A stretch of DNA of 64,000 bases, from contig CAWBMP010000002.1 in the NCBI GenBank assembly GCA_963790025.1, forward strand, positions 544,001 through 608,000, written 5' to 3'. Positions 40,039 through 49,060 of the stretch are shown one piece after another; the stretch's first letter is position 1; every line of letters begins with the position of its first letter. The notes under the pieces are model-generated. The model saw nothing but the letters and a program-made list of their open reading frames with translations, ran no database searches and was not told where the DNA came from. Source of the DNA: Nitrospirota bacterium. GTDB lineage: Bacteria; Nitrospirota; Thermodesulfovibrionia; Thermodesulfovibrionales; Dissulfurispiraceae. A program made the translations under genes and the position numbers.

Positions 40039-41397
40039 CTATACCAGACAGACAGGCCTTGGCCGGATCAGTTTTTCAACCATGAACGCAAAGCCTATGC
40101 TTACAATGGGCATATAAAAACCGTATCGAAATCTTACAAGTGTTCCTATATTGGGCTGCACATAAGTAAATACAAGCAATCCAAATGTGCAATACAAAAC
40201 GATCAGCCGGAAATTGCGGTTCTTTCCGTAACTGAGGATACTCCAGCAAAAAAAGACAAGACACATATAAAAAAACATGGTAATAACCCCAAGAACGGCC
40301 CTTCCGACAGTCGTTCCTGTCGAACTGCCCGGCGTAAACCACATTGACGGGAAGGGGCTCAGAAAGCCGATCTGAAGAGCACGCGGCAGGTATGTAATAA
40401 AATCCGTTGCGGCTTCGAAATTGACTCCGGAATCGATGTTAGATCCCGCAATATGGGCAGCCGACTTAAACCTGGAAACTGCCAGTACGTATAATTTCGA
40501 CTCGACATACTTTGGCACATATGGGGTGAAGCGCCACTTGACAGAATGCTGTTCGCCCGGCGTTGTCAAACCGGCGTCTGCACTGTCCCACCGCTCTGCG
40601 GGCTTATAATCTTTATCAAAATACCCGAGGCTTTGCTGCATGACAAGCATGAGGCAAACAGACAGGAACGCGGCAGCATAACAGAACTTTTTCGATGAAC
40701 CCTTGAACCACGCCATCATCATGCCGATAAACATCGTTGCCGCTAAAGCAATACACGCAATCGTGACAACATACTTCCAGTAAGGGCGCGGTGCCCAGAT
40801 CATTATGGCGCCAAGGAAAAAGGTGAACGGGGCATAAGTGAACGCCCGCCATTTCTCTTCTTCAATGCCTTTCAGGACCAAAAGCCATGCGCTGAGGACC
40901 AACATATTGCCGAGAATAAATGTTCCGTCCCTGTGGATCTGCGATGTCCATTCCAGGGATGCCGGGTTAATAACAAACAACGCAGCCCCGCTGAAAGCTG
41001 CGATCCGGTCCTTGACAAAAGAAGAAATAAGAAAAAAAACAAGACATCCTGCAGAGGCATGAAGCACAGCGTTAAAAGGGATGAGAGAAAAAGGTTCCGG
41101 ATACCACAGATAATAAAATATTGAAGCGATACCCACAGGGAAATAGTTGAACGCGGGGCAAAGGCGCCATGCCTTCCACCCGAACTTGATCATTGCCGCC
41201 GCCTGGTCCCGGGCCAAATAATGAAACCCCCAGGAATCCTTGACAAACATGCCGTGCCCATAATGCATGCCAGGGAGCAAGTAAGGCAGCAGTATGAGTT
41301 GCACAAAAGCGGCGGTGGCAGCAGTATACAGGAAAAATGCAAGCCACATGCCCCACCACGTGGTTATCCAATTCCCAATTTTCTTCAGGTTTATCAA
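40039..41397 (-). CDS. Polytopic membrane protein, ~455-aa family copy 1 (Wzy/GT-C-like)
   Basis: WWGMWL, KDSWGFH, LEWTSQIHRDGTFILGN, YLPRALQIGFLSPFPS, NIGTLVRFR. Confidence 0.7.
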   Translation of the reverse strand: MINLKKIGNWITTWWGMWLAFFLYTAATAAFVQLILLPYLLPGMHYGHGMFVKDSWGFHYLARDQAAAMIKFGWKAWRLCPAFNYFPVGIASIFYYLWYPEPFSLIPFNAVLHASAGCLVFFLISSFVKDRIAAFSGAALFVINPASLEWTSQIHRDGTFILGNMLVLSAWLLVLKGIEEEKWRAFTYAPFTFFLGAIMIWAPRPYWKYVVTIACIALAATMFIGMMMAWFKGSSKKFCYAAAFLSVCLMLVMQQSLGYFDKDYKPAERWDSADAGLTTPGEQHSVKWRFTPYVPKYVESKLYVLAVSRFKSAAHIAGSNIDSGVNFEAATDFITYLPRALQIGFLSPFPSMWFTPGSSTGTTVGRAVLGVITMFFYMCLVFFCWSILSYGKNRNFRLIVLYCTFGLLVFTYVQPNIGTLVRFRYGFYMPIVSIGFAFMVEKLIRPRPVCLV

Positions 41398-42134
41398 CTT
41401 TTTTCCTTTGCTGTTGTTCTTTCTTTGCTGTGAAACATTTGTATCAGTCTGTCCAGGGGATTCTGGATGCTTGACCTGCTGCCCTTGAACTGACTGTCGA
41501 AGTCGACTTTACCCAGAGACTGGAAGTACTCCCTGTAAGTAGCAGTATCTCCTCCAGGCTTATTATTTCCAGTTTTTTTTCGCCAGTTTCCCGATATGAT
41601 CTCGCTGATGGTTGCCCATCGGCCTTCACTATTAACAAATTCCGTGCTCTGCCAGGGATCACAGATGTGCCAGGCGCCGTTAAAATATATGGCGCCAAAG
41701 GGATAGACGCGCGTCCCGTCATGCCTCTTCAGAAGAAGAATAAATGCCTTGCAGCCTGCATAATTGCAAAGAGTGGCAAAAACGTCCGCCATTTGGTCCG
41801 CAATGCCGTATCCCCGGACAATAATATGCCAGACGTGGTCATCTATAACCGGCAGTCCTTCCGGCTGTCTGGCTATGCGCTGAATTGTCCATTGGAAGAT
41901 GACATCCGCTTTTTGTTCGTCGGACATATGTTTGTTGACTATGTTTCGAACAGTCCAGCGATAGTTTAAATCGCGGTCCATGAAGTCGAGCGACTTAAGA
42001 TAGAGCGGTATTTTGATCTCCTTGACATCAGCGTTAATTCCCTGCTTGGTCGTCGATTCGATGGTAAGAAACCCCGACACGGCTATTATGCATACAAGGA
42101 GCAACCCGATTTCCCAGGTCCTTTTCCCTTTCAT
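41394..42134 (-). CDS. Membrane-anchored transglutaminase-like domain protein
   Basis: N-terminal TM; IFQW, RGYG.ADQMA.VF..L...AG and W.ICDP resemble the transglutaminase-like core. Confidence 0.55.
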   Translation of the reverse strand: MKGKRTWEIGLLLVCIIAVSGFLTIESTTKQGINADVKEIKIPLYLKSLDFMDRDLNYRWTVRNIVNKHMSDEQKADVIFQWTIQRIARQPEGLPVIDDHVWHIIVRGYGIADQMADVFATLCNYAGCKAFILLLKRHDGTRVYPFGAIYFNGAWHICDPWQSTEFVNSEGRWATISEIISGNWRKKTGNNKPGGDTATYREYFQSLGKVDFDSQFKGSRSSIQNPLDRLIQMFHSKERTTAKEKS

Positions 42135-42904
42135 GGGTTATCGGTCCTCTTGAGCCACGCCCCGGGCCAGTGTGTAATATTCCTGGTCAGGGCACTTTCG
42201 TTGAACGGCCACAACGGCGTCTCCTCGATAAACTCGGGATGGCCCATGAGGAATTCTTCTGCAGCGGACGCTGGGTTATCCAGGGCCCAGGAAGGGTTTC
42301 CCCGAGGCACGTCCTGCAAATATTTCATGATTCCGTCGGTGGCCACTATGTATGAACCCGGAGTAACAAGCTTGCAATATGCCTCCAGTTCATCCAGGAC
42401 ATGCCGCCTTGTATGATTCGAATCGAGAAGGACCAAAACCGTCTCCCCCGGTCTCACAAGGGATTTGACATGGTTGACAATGCCGGTCTCAGTGGAACTG
42501 CCCTCGACAAGGGTTATAAAAGAAAACAAAGGATGTGCTTCAATGGCCTCGCGGTTATGAGGCCTGATTTCGATATCGATGCCTATTACACGGCCTTTCC
42601 CCAAAATCTTGCAAAGGGAAGCATAGAAAATAAGCGAGCCCCCGTGGGCAACGCCTGTCTCTATTATGACATCCGGCTTTACGCGGTAGATTACCTCCTG
42701 GGTCCGTATCATATCTTCCGGCAGTTGAATCACCGGCCTGCCCATCCAGGAAAAAGTGTATGTATATTTCTGGTTCCATCCGGTCTTCAGCCATTGCTGT
42801 GAAATGAGTTCGAAAGCTTCTTTGGAATAAAGCCCGAACGTCCTTTCGTTTCCCTGGTCTTCAAGTACAAGAATTTGTTTCGATGTGTCAATAATCAATT
42901 TCAT
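42131..42904 (-). CDS. CmcI (cephalosporin hydroxylase)/sugar O-methyltransferase family
   Basis: YTFSWMGRPVIQLPED, KPDVIIETGVAHGGS, GIDIEIR, LDSNH, GSYIVATD. Confidence 0.88.
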   Translation of the reverse strand: MKLIIDTSKQILVLEDQGNERTFGLYSKEAFELISQQWLKTGWNQKYTYTFSWMGRPVIQLPEDMIRTQEVIYRVKPDVIIETGVAHGGSLIFYASLCKILGKGRVIGIDIEIRPHNREAIEAHPLFSFITLVEGSSTETGIVNHVKSLVRPGETVLVLLDSNHTRRHVLDELEAYCKLVTPGSYIVATDGIMKYLQDVPRGNPSWALDNPASAAEEFLMGHPEFIEETPLWPFNESALTRNITHWPGAWLKRTDNP

Positions 42905-42918
42905 TTCTATTCCCTATA

Positions 42919-43836
42919 TTATGTATTATTCATGCTTGCCGGCCCGCCGGATTTCCCGATAGTATCGATTATCCCGGTATCGAGTCCGAACCCGGGCGTC
43001 CACAGTACCTCATGCCGCAAGCGCCGGACATCGGCGATCACAACAGGGGGATCATTTTCCCTGCAGGGAAGGGCGCCGAGATTGACAAGTCCCTCGCGGC
43101 CGATATGCCGGGCTATTTTGAAAACCAGGTCCTTTATCATTACAGGTTCCCCGGATGCAATGTTGACGGCCCCCCGGACATCGCTCTCCAAAAGAGCTAC
43201 GAAAGCGGAGGCTGCATCCGCCACATGGAGGAAGTCCCGGATTTGATTGCCATGCGAACACAGCGCAGGGCTGTTTTCAAGCAGCGACCGTATGACAGAG
43301 GCCACAAGTCTTCCGGGATGCTCATAAGGCCCGTAAAGAAAAAACATCCTTCCCCATGCGCTGCTCAAACCGCTCTGAAGCGATAGCGCCTCAAGCATGG
43401 TACTCAGGGCATGTTTGCAAACACCGTATAATGTGGCAGGCGCCAGAGGCGTAACATTCTCAGAGCAGTAGCCGTATTTCCAGTCATATTCGGCGCATGT
43501 GCCTGCGGCCACCACACGGAGACCGCCATTTGCATAAAACTTTTCAAACAGGTCCAGGCTCGCCCTAACCCACCGGAGGTTCTCCATTGCAGTCCAGTAC
43601 TTCCCGGGTTCCGCATACCAGGCAAAGTGCAGGAGATGGGTCGGCCGCACATCCGCAAGGATCCGGCTGACTTGTTTTTCGTCAAGCAGATCAGTCCTGA
43701 GCCATCGGACAGACGGGCTGTCCACTTCCGGTATATGAATATCTGCGGCATATACTTCATAACCCGAACGGACCAGGGGTTCAATGCAGTGCCTGCCGAT
43801 AAATCCCGCTGCCCCCGTCACCAGAACACGTTTCAT
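42919..43836 (-). CDS. NAD-dependent epimerase/dehydratase, probable NDP-4-keto-6-deoxyhexose 4-reductase
   Basis: TGAAGFIG, HFAWY..PG.YW, GTCAEY, YGVCK, RDFLHV.D. Confidence 0.85.
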   Translation of the reverse strand: MKRVLVTGAAGFIGRHCIEPLVRSGYEVYAADIHIPEVDSPSVRWLRTDLLDEKQVSRILADVRPTHLLHFAWYAEPGKYWTAMENLRWVRASLDLFEKFYANGGLRVVAAGTCAEYDWKYGYCSENVTPLAPATLYGVCKHALSTMLEALSLQSGLSSAWGRMFFLYGPYEHPGRLVASVIRSLLENSPALCSHGNQIRDFLHVADAASAFVALLESDVRGAVNIASGEPVMIKDLVFKIARHIGREGLVNLGALPCRENDPPVVIADVRRLRHEVLWTPGFGLDTGIIDTIGKSGGPASMNNT

Positions 43837-43864
43837 TTGACTTTTTCCACTTCTTCTTTTAAAG

Positions 43865-43936
43865 AAACCACAGAGGTCACAGAGGAACTTATTAATTTAG
43901 AAAAAATTTCAAAACCAAACAATAAAGAGCACAGAG
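43865..43936. repeat. CACAGAG-type intergenic repeat element (copy 1)
   Basis: AAACCACAGAGGTCACAGAG at 43865-43884 and GAGCACAGAG at 43927-43936, around an AT-rich spacer. Confidence 0.7.
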
Positions 43937-43963
43937 AAAAATATTTGGGTTTGATTAATAGCA

Positions 43964-44518
43964 TTATTTCACTCCAAAATCAGGGTAATTGCGGTCCTTC
44001 TCTGACATTACAGGGTTCGGCAGGGGCCAGGGTATTTGAAAGGCAGCATCGTTCCATCTGATGCCCCTCGCTGTCTCCGGATGATAGTATTCAGCGATCT
44101 GGTAGAGCAATTCCGTGTTGTCCTCCAATGTCTGATACCCATGAGCGAAGCCTTCAGGGACGTACAGCATCCTGTATCGGTCGGGTGCCTCCGGCGGCCC
44201 GGAGGATCTGAGTTCAAGGGCATACCACCGTTTATAGGCAGGCGAACCGGGCCTCAGGTCGATTACAACGTCGTAAATGGCACCCGTGATACAGCGGACG
44301 ATCTTCGCCTCTTCATGGGGAGGGGCCTGATAGTGCATGCCCCTCAGGGTCCCCTTTTTCCGGTTGAATGAGATGCTGCACTGAACGAGGTCCGGGTTCA
44401 ACCCATGGGCCTCGAACTCCCTCCGGCAATAACTGCGGGCGAAAAACCCGCGCTCATCACACATAGGTTCGATCTCGATGATATATACGCCCGGAAAGGG
44501 TATTTCCTTAAAAATCAT
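43964..44518 (-). CDS. rfbC: dTDP-4-dehydrorhamnose 3,5-epimerase family
   Basis: DERGFFAR, GTLRGMHYQ, KIVRC..GAIYDV..DLR, VPEGFAHGYQTL, GIRWND. Start MIFKE at 44518. Confidence 0.9.
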   Translation of the reverse strand: MIFKEIPFPGVYIIEIEPMCDERGFFARSYCRREFEAHGLNPDLVQCSISFNRKKGTLRGMHYQAPPHEEAKIVRCITGAIYDVVIDLRPGSPAYKRWYALELRSSGPPEAPDRYRMLYVPEGFAHGYQTLEDNTELLYQIAEYYHPETARGIRWNDAAFQIPWPLPNPVMSEKDRNYPDFGVK

Positions 44519-44541
44519 TTTCGCTACCAAAATATACCGGC

Positions 44542-44701
44542 AAACCACAGAGGTCACAGAGAAATTTGTTCATTTCAAAAAAAAACCTCAAAATACTCCT
44601 TATACTTCTTAGACTCTGTGCTCTCCCATATAAATAAAATATTATTCCGCATTTTAATTTCTTGAGTTCACAGAGAAAACCTCTGTGCGGCCTCTTTGGT
44701 T
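44542..44701. repeat. CACAGAG/CTCTGTG inverted-repeat element (copy 2; two arm pairs)
   Basis: AAACCACAGAGGTCACAGAG 44542-44561; CTCTGTGCTCTC 44614-44625; GAGTTCACAGAG 44664-44675; CTCTGTGCGGCCTCTTTGGTT 44681-44701. Confidence 0.75.
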
Positions 44702-45962
44702 AAAAGGTGTTGATGTCCGGAATAGGGACGACAAATTTAGCTCCCCAGTCCCGGATGTGTCTCATCTGTTCCATAATTTCATTCTTCAGATTCCATGGCA
44801 GGATAAACAGATAATCAGGCTTCGTCTCCGCTATCTTATCAGGATGGTAAATCGGGATGTGGGTACCCGGCAAAAAGAGTCCCTGTTTTCCGGGGTTCCT
44901 GTCTACCGTGTATTCAATAAAATCGGTGCGGATGCCGCAGTAATTCAGGAGGGTATTGCCTTTTGCAGGGGCGCCATAGCCTACGATTTTTTTTCCTCCG
45001 GTCTTGGTCCTGATCAAAAATTCAAGAATGTTCCGTTTAATGCCCCTGACTTTTTCGCCAAAGGCGGAATATGAGTCCATGTTGTCGAGGCCGAAGCCTT
45101 TTTCCCGTGTCTTAAGGTTTCCAATATTTGACGCAACCGGATATAGAGGATTGCCCGAATAACATGCGTAGATCCTGAGAGAACCCCCATGCGTGGGCAA
45201 CTCTTCAACATCAAATAATGTCAGCCCATGGGCTGCAAAGATCCTGTCCGCAGTAATAAGAGAGAAGTAAGAAAAATGTTCATGATAAATAGTATCGAAC
45301 TGATTTTCCGCAATGAGACGCATCAGGTGCGGAAACTCCATTGTAATCACCCCATCCAGCTTGAGCAGGGTCTTCAGGCCTGATACGAAATCATTAAGGT
45401 CAGGCACATGGGCCAGGACGTTGTTCCCTATAATCAAATCCGCTGGTTTGCCTTCAGCTCTCAGGCTCTCCGCCAGCTTTTTCCCGAAGAAGTCTACCAT
45501 GGTGGGGATACCTTTTACAGCCGCCGCTTTTGCAACATTGGCAGCGGGTTCGATGCCCAGCACCGGGATGTTCCGCGATACAAAGTTCTTCAGAAGATAA
45601 CCATCGTTACTGGCGATTTCTATAACCAGGCTATTAACCCCGAGATGGAGCCGATTTATGATCATCTCTGCATAATCTTTGCAATGTGAGAGCCATGTGT
45701 CGGAGAAAGATGAGAAGTAGGCATAATCTCCGAATATGTTTTCCGGCGACTCAAATTGGGGTAGTTGCACCAGGAAACAGGCCGGACACACGCGAACATG
45801 AAGGGGATAAAATGGCTCCATGACGTCAAGCTGTTCTTTCTTCAGATATGCATTGGAAAGAGGGGACATACCCAGGTCTGCAAACGTGTACGTAAGCGAT
45901 GTTCCGCAAAACCGACAGGAAGGATTAGCCTGCATCCCATCCATAATCATCAACCGATCCAC
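44700..45962 (-). CDS. NDP-hexose 3-C-methyltransferase
   Basis: CRFC...CPAC Zn motif, YAYFSS, EIASNDGYLL, NNVLAHVP, FDTIYHEHFSY, THGGSLR, YGAPAKGNTLLN. Confidence 0.92.
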   Translation of the reverse strand: MDRLMIMDGMQANPSCRFCGTSLTYTFADLGMSPLSNAYLKKEQLDVMEPFYPLHVRVCPACFLVQLPQFESPENIFGDYAYFSSFSDTWLSHCKDYAEMIINRLHLGVNSLVIEIASNDGYLLKNFVSRNIPVLGIEPAANVAKAAAVKGIPTMVDFFGKKLAESLRAEGKPADLIIGNNVLAHVPDLNDFVSGLKTLLKLDGVITMEFPHLMRLIAENQFDTIYHEHFSYFSLITADRIFAAHGLTLFDVEELPTHGGSLRIYACYSGNPLYPVASNIGNLKTREKGFGLDNMDSYSAFGEKVRGIKRNILEFLIRTKTGGKKIVGYGAPAKGNTLLNYCGIRTDFIEYTVDRNPGKQGLFLPGTHIPIYHPDKIAETKPDYLFILPWNLKNEIMEQMRHIRDWGAKFVVPIPDINTF

Positions 45963-47044
45963 TCCACGTCTTTCGATTTTGCGTCTTCGATATATTCATT
46001 CAGGTTTTCAGAAGTGGTTATTCTGCCGTTTTCATAAAATTCCTTATACCACATAACCGTCTGCTGGATGGTCTTCTTTAGGTGCCATACAGGTTTCCAG
46101 CCGAGCCTTGTATGCGCCTTTGAGCAGTCGAGTCTCAATAAACCGGCTTCGTGAGGGTCGCCGGCATATCTCTTTATATCGTACTTTATATTGTTCCACT
46201 CCATGCCCATCTGACTGACCACTTCTTCTACATTTACACTGCTTTCGTCTGCAGGCCCGAAATTCCATGCCTCTGCAAATTCCTTATTCTCTTCCAGAAG
46301 TTTTTGACCGAGCATCAAATAGCCTGATAACGGCTCAAGCACATGCTGCCACGGACGGGTGGAATCCGGATTTCTTATAAGGGCGATTTTGTTTTTGCTT
46401 GCCGCCCTCATCACGTCAGGTATTATCCTGTCTTCCGCCCAGTCGCCTCCGCCTATAACGTTACCGGCCCTTGCACTTCCAAGGTGAATTGTATGGTCAG
46501 ACGCGGAGAAAGAGTGCGGATCACTGAAAAATGAATTCCTGTATGAACTGCCCACGATTTCCGAACAGCATTTCGAAGCGCTGTACGGGTCAAAACCGCC
46601 AAGGTGATCGTTTTCCCGATAACCCCAGAACCACTCCTTGTTTTCATAGCATTTATCGCTGGTGACATTCACTATGGCCTTTACTGATTCACAGTATCTG
46701 CAGCTTTCGAGAACATTTATTGTTCCCATGATATTCACTTCGAATGTTTCGATAGGATTCTTATATGAATATCTGACGAGAGGCTGGGCCGCTAGATGAA
46801 ATACTATTTCGGGTTTATGACATTGAATGATCTCCCGAAGCACTTTTGAATCCCGTGTATCACCGATTATCGATGTCAAATTCAGGTTCAAAAGCTTGAA
46901 GTGGCTCGGCTCCGTCCGCGGTTCCAGAGAATATCCGACAACCCTGGCGCCCAGTTTCTGCAGCCACAAAGAAAGCCACGAACCCTTAAAACCGGTGTGA
47001 CCCGTTATAAGAACGACCCTGTCTTTGTAAATATTACCAAACAT
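45950..47044 (-). CDS. rfbG: CDP-glucose 4,6-dehydratase
   Basis: ITGHTGFKGSWL, HLAAQPLVR.SY, TSDKCYEN, DPYSASK, RAGNVIGGGDW, RPWQHVLEPL. Confidence 0.95.
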   Translation of the reverse strand: MFGNIYKDRVVLITGHTGFKGSWLSLWLQKLGARVVGYSLEPRTEPSHFKLLNLNLTSIIGDTRDSKVLREIIQCHKPEIVFHLAAQPLVRYSYKNPIETFEVNIMGTINVLESCRYCESVKAIVNVTSDKCYENKEWFWGYRENDHLGGFDPYSASKCCSEIVGSSYRNSFFSDPHSFSASDHTIHLGSARAGNVIGGGDWAEDRIIPDVMRAASKNKIALIRNPDSTRPWQHVLEPLSGYLMLGQKLLEENKEFAEAWNFGPADESSVNVEEVVSQMGMEWNNIKYDIKRYAGDPHEAGLLRLDCSKAHTRLGWKPVWHLKKTIQQTVMWYKEFYENGRITTSENLNEYIEDAKSKDVEWIG

Positions 47045-48053
47045 TTTTCCCCCTGCGTCCAATTTCTCTGATTTTGCAAAAAAAAGAACTCACTGCATGT
47101 ATAATGAGGTCCGCCGCGCCTTTTATATATCCTATCAACTTGCCCGCATCTATAACAACACCTACCAGGGGCAAGGTCAATATACTCAATGGTTCCTCGC
47201 GGATCAAGCCGGAATTCCCGGACTTACAAGCCGGAATTACATAGCCCCTGACTATTATATAAACTCCCAGGAACAGTATTGCTTTGGTGCTATAAAGAAG
47301 AAAGAGTACCGCCAGCAGAAGGACAAGCAGCATGTAATAATAAGGATAATAGTACTTGTAGAGGCCTACCGTCGGTATTGAGTAACTCACGTTTTTCAGA
47401 AATATCTTTTTCAGGGAATCGCCGTAATTCGTCCCATGATAATTTATAACGACATGTCGATTCACGCCTCTGGTAATGTCCTTCGAGGCGAGCCGGTTGA
47501 TCCAATCGACATCGTACCCCGCCCGCTTTTCTTCCAGAAATAGTCCGGCCCTGTCAAAAACGGATGTTTTTACCAGCGAGGAAGGCACCGTTGGCCGAAG
47601 CTGCCGGTAGCCGTATGTCTGGGCGATCGCGGATTTATCCAGAAGCGATTTCCCCTCGAAAAAGCAGACACCCGATACAATATCAAGGCCGGAGGAGCTT
47701 AGAAACTCCATCTGCTTTTCAAGCCAATCCCTGTCAAATGCCAGTCCGCAGTCCATGAAGGCCAGGATGCCGTACCGCGCATTTCTTATCCCGACGTTCT
47801 TTGAAGAGCTCGGCTGCGTGGTCCCTTCCCGAATATTACGAAATATTGTCGCATAACTGCTGCTGTTCGTCCGTATCCAGTTCTCGACTATATCGAAGCT
47901 GTTATCTGTCGATCCCGAGTCCACCAACAGTACCTCGCGGGGCGGAACTGTCTGCTGCGCCGCAAGGTCCAGTACTCTAACTAGATTTTTCGCCTCATTA
48001 TAGTAAGAAAAAATCACCGATATTTCTTCTTTGTTTACTTGCCGTATTTCCAT
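47034..48053 (-). CDS. GT2 glycosyltransferase with C-terminal TM segments
   Basis: ISVI...YNE, VDSGSTD, KNVG, AFMDCG and a hydrophobic C-terminus. Confidence 0.8.
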   Translation of the reverse strand: MEIRQVNKEEISVIFSYYNEAKNLVRVLDLAAQQTVPPREVLLVDSGSTDNSFDIVENWIRTNSSSYATIFRNIREGTTQPSSSKNVGIRNARYGILAFMDCGLAFDRDWLEKQMEFLSSSGLDIVSGVCFFEGKSLLDKSAIAQTYGYRQLRPTVPSSLVKTSVFDRAGLFLEEKRAGYDVDWINRLASKDITRGVNRHVVINYHGTNYGDSLKKIFLKNVSYSIPTVGLYKYYYPYYYMLLVLLLAVLFLLYSTKAILFLGVYIIVRGYVIPACKSGNSGLIREEPLSILTLPLVGVVIDAGKLIGYIKGAADLIIHAVSSFFCKIREIGRRGKNVW

Positions 48054-49057
48054 GAAAGATATCTTTCAAACCATTGAATGGTTTTTTGTATGCCGGTGTC
48101 GAAACCGACGGCGGGATTCCAGCCAAAGTATTTATCCAGTTTATCGTAGCTCATATACTGATGATCGATCTCTCCGACGGTTTTTCTGTCAGCCCACAAT
48201 TTCTCGACTTCAGAATATGCCTCGTTCTTGCCGAGCACCTCGTATATTTTCCTGACTATGTCCTTCACCATTTTGGGCTGATTTGTTCCCGCGTTGAATA
48301 TCTCTCCCCGAAGATTTCCGTCTGCGGCAAGTCTCTCGGCAAAGAGCAGATAAAGATCGACAACGTCGTCAATAAAAATATAATCGCGGAGGTGAAGGCC
48401 GTTGCCGCGGGGAATAAATTTCCCATACCCGAGCGCCGACCTTATCGCATCGGGCATGAGCGCGGAAAAGTTCAGTTGACCCGGTCCGAAGATATTGCAA
48501 AACCGAGTAATAATTACGGGCAGCCTGAAGAGGTCCCCAGCATACGACCGCGCTATCATATCCGCGCATGCCTTGGAGACGTCGTAGGGATATACTGGAA
48601 TGAGGGGATAATCTTCCACGTAGGGCAGTTTGTCCTTATCATAACTGCCATATGCCTTATCGGAAGAAGCTATGATCACAGCCTGTACTTTCTCCCTGTT
48701 TTCACGCACCGCCTCAAGAAGCGCATAAGTGCCTTTTATATTGGTTTCCCATGTCAGATACGGACATTCCCTCGCTACGCCCACCTCGACCTGGGCAGCA
48801 AGATGGAAGCAATAATTGATCTGCTCCTCGACGATAATGCGCCGCATGAGGTCCTTATCAGTTATATCTCCCTGGACAATATTCACTCTGTCCGAGACGC
48901 CCTCGTAAAAAAGCAGCGTGTCCTTTTTTACATTCCTGATAATGCCTGTAACATTCGCCTCCTTTTGAAGGCATGCCTTAGCGAGATTCCCGCCTATAAA
49001 ACCGTTTATGCCGGTGATCAGCACATTCTTCCCTGTCCAGCTGTCAGTCACTTGCAA
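48035..49057 (-). CDS. NAD-dependent 4,6-dehydratase/epimerase (RfbG-related extended SDR)
   Basis: ITGINGFIG, HLAAQ, ASSDKAYG, PYDVSK, RFCNIFGPG. TTG start with GGAGG upstream. Confidence 0.88.
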   Translation of the reverse strand: MQVTDSWTGKNVLITGINGFIGGNLAKACLQKEANVTGIIRNVKKDTLLFYEGVSDRVNIVQGDITDKDLMRRIIVEEQINYCFHLAAQVEVGVARECPYLTWETNIKGTYALLEAVRENREKVQAVIIASSDKAYGSYDKDKLPYVEDYPLIPVYPYDVSKACADMIARSYAGDLFRLPVIITRFCNIFGPGQLNFSALMPDAIRSALGYGKFIPRGNGLHLRDYIFIDDVVDLYLLFAERLAADGNLRGEIFNAGTNQPKMVKDIVRKIYEVLGKNEAYSEVEKLWADRKTVGEIDHQYMSYDKLDKYFGWNPAVGFDTGIQKTIQWFERYLSWKYGK

Positions 49058-49060
49058 GCG

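Noticed and set aside
43865..44701. CACAGAG repeats as a CRISPR array
   Set aside because: There are few copies, irregular spacing, mixed orientations, a gene between copies and no cas genes.
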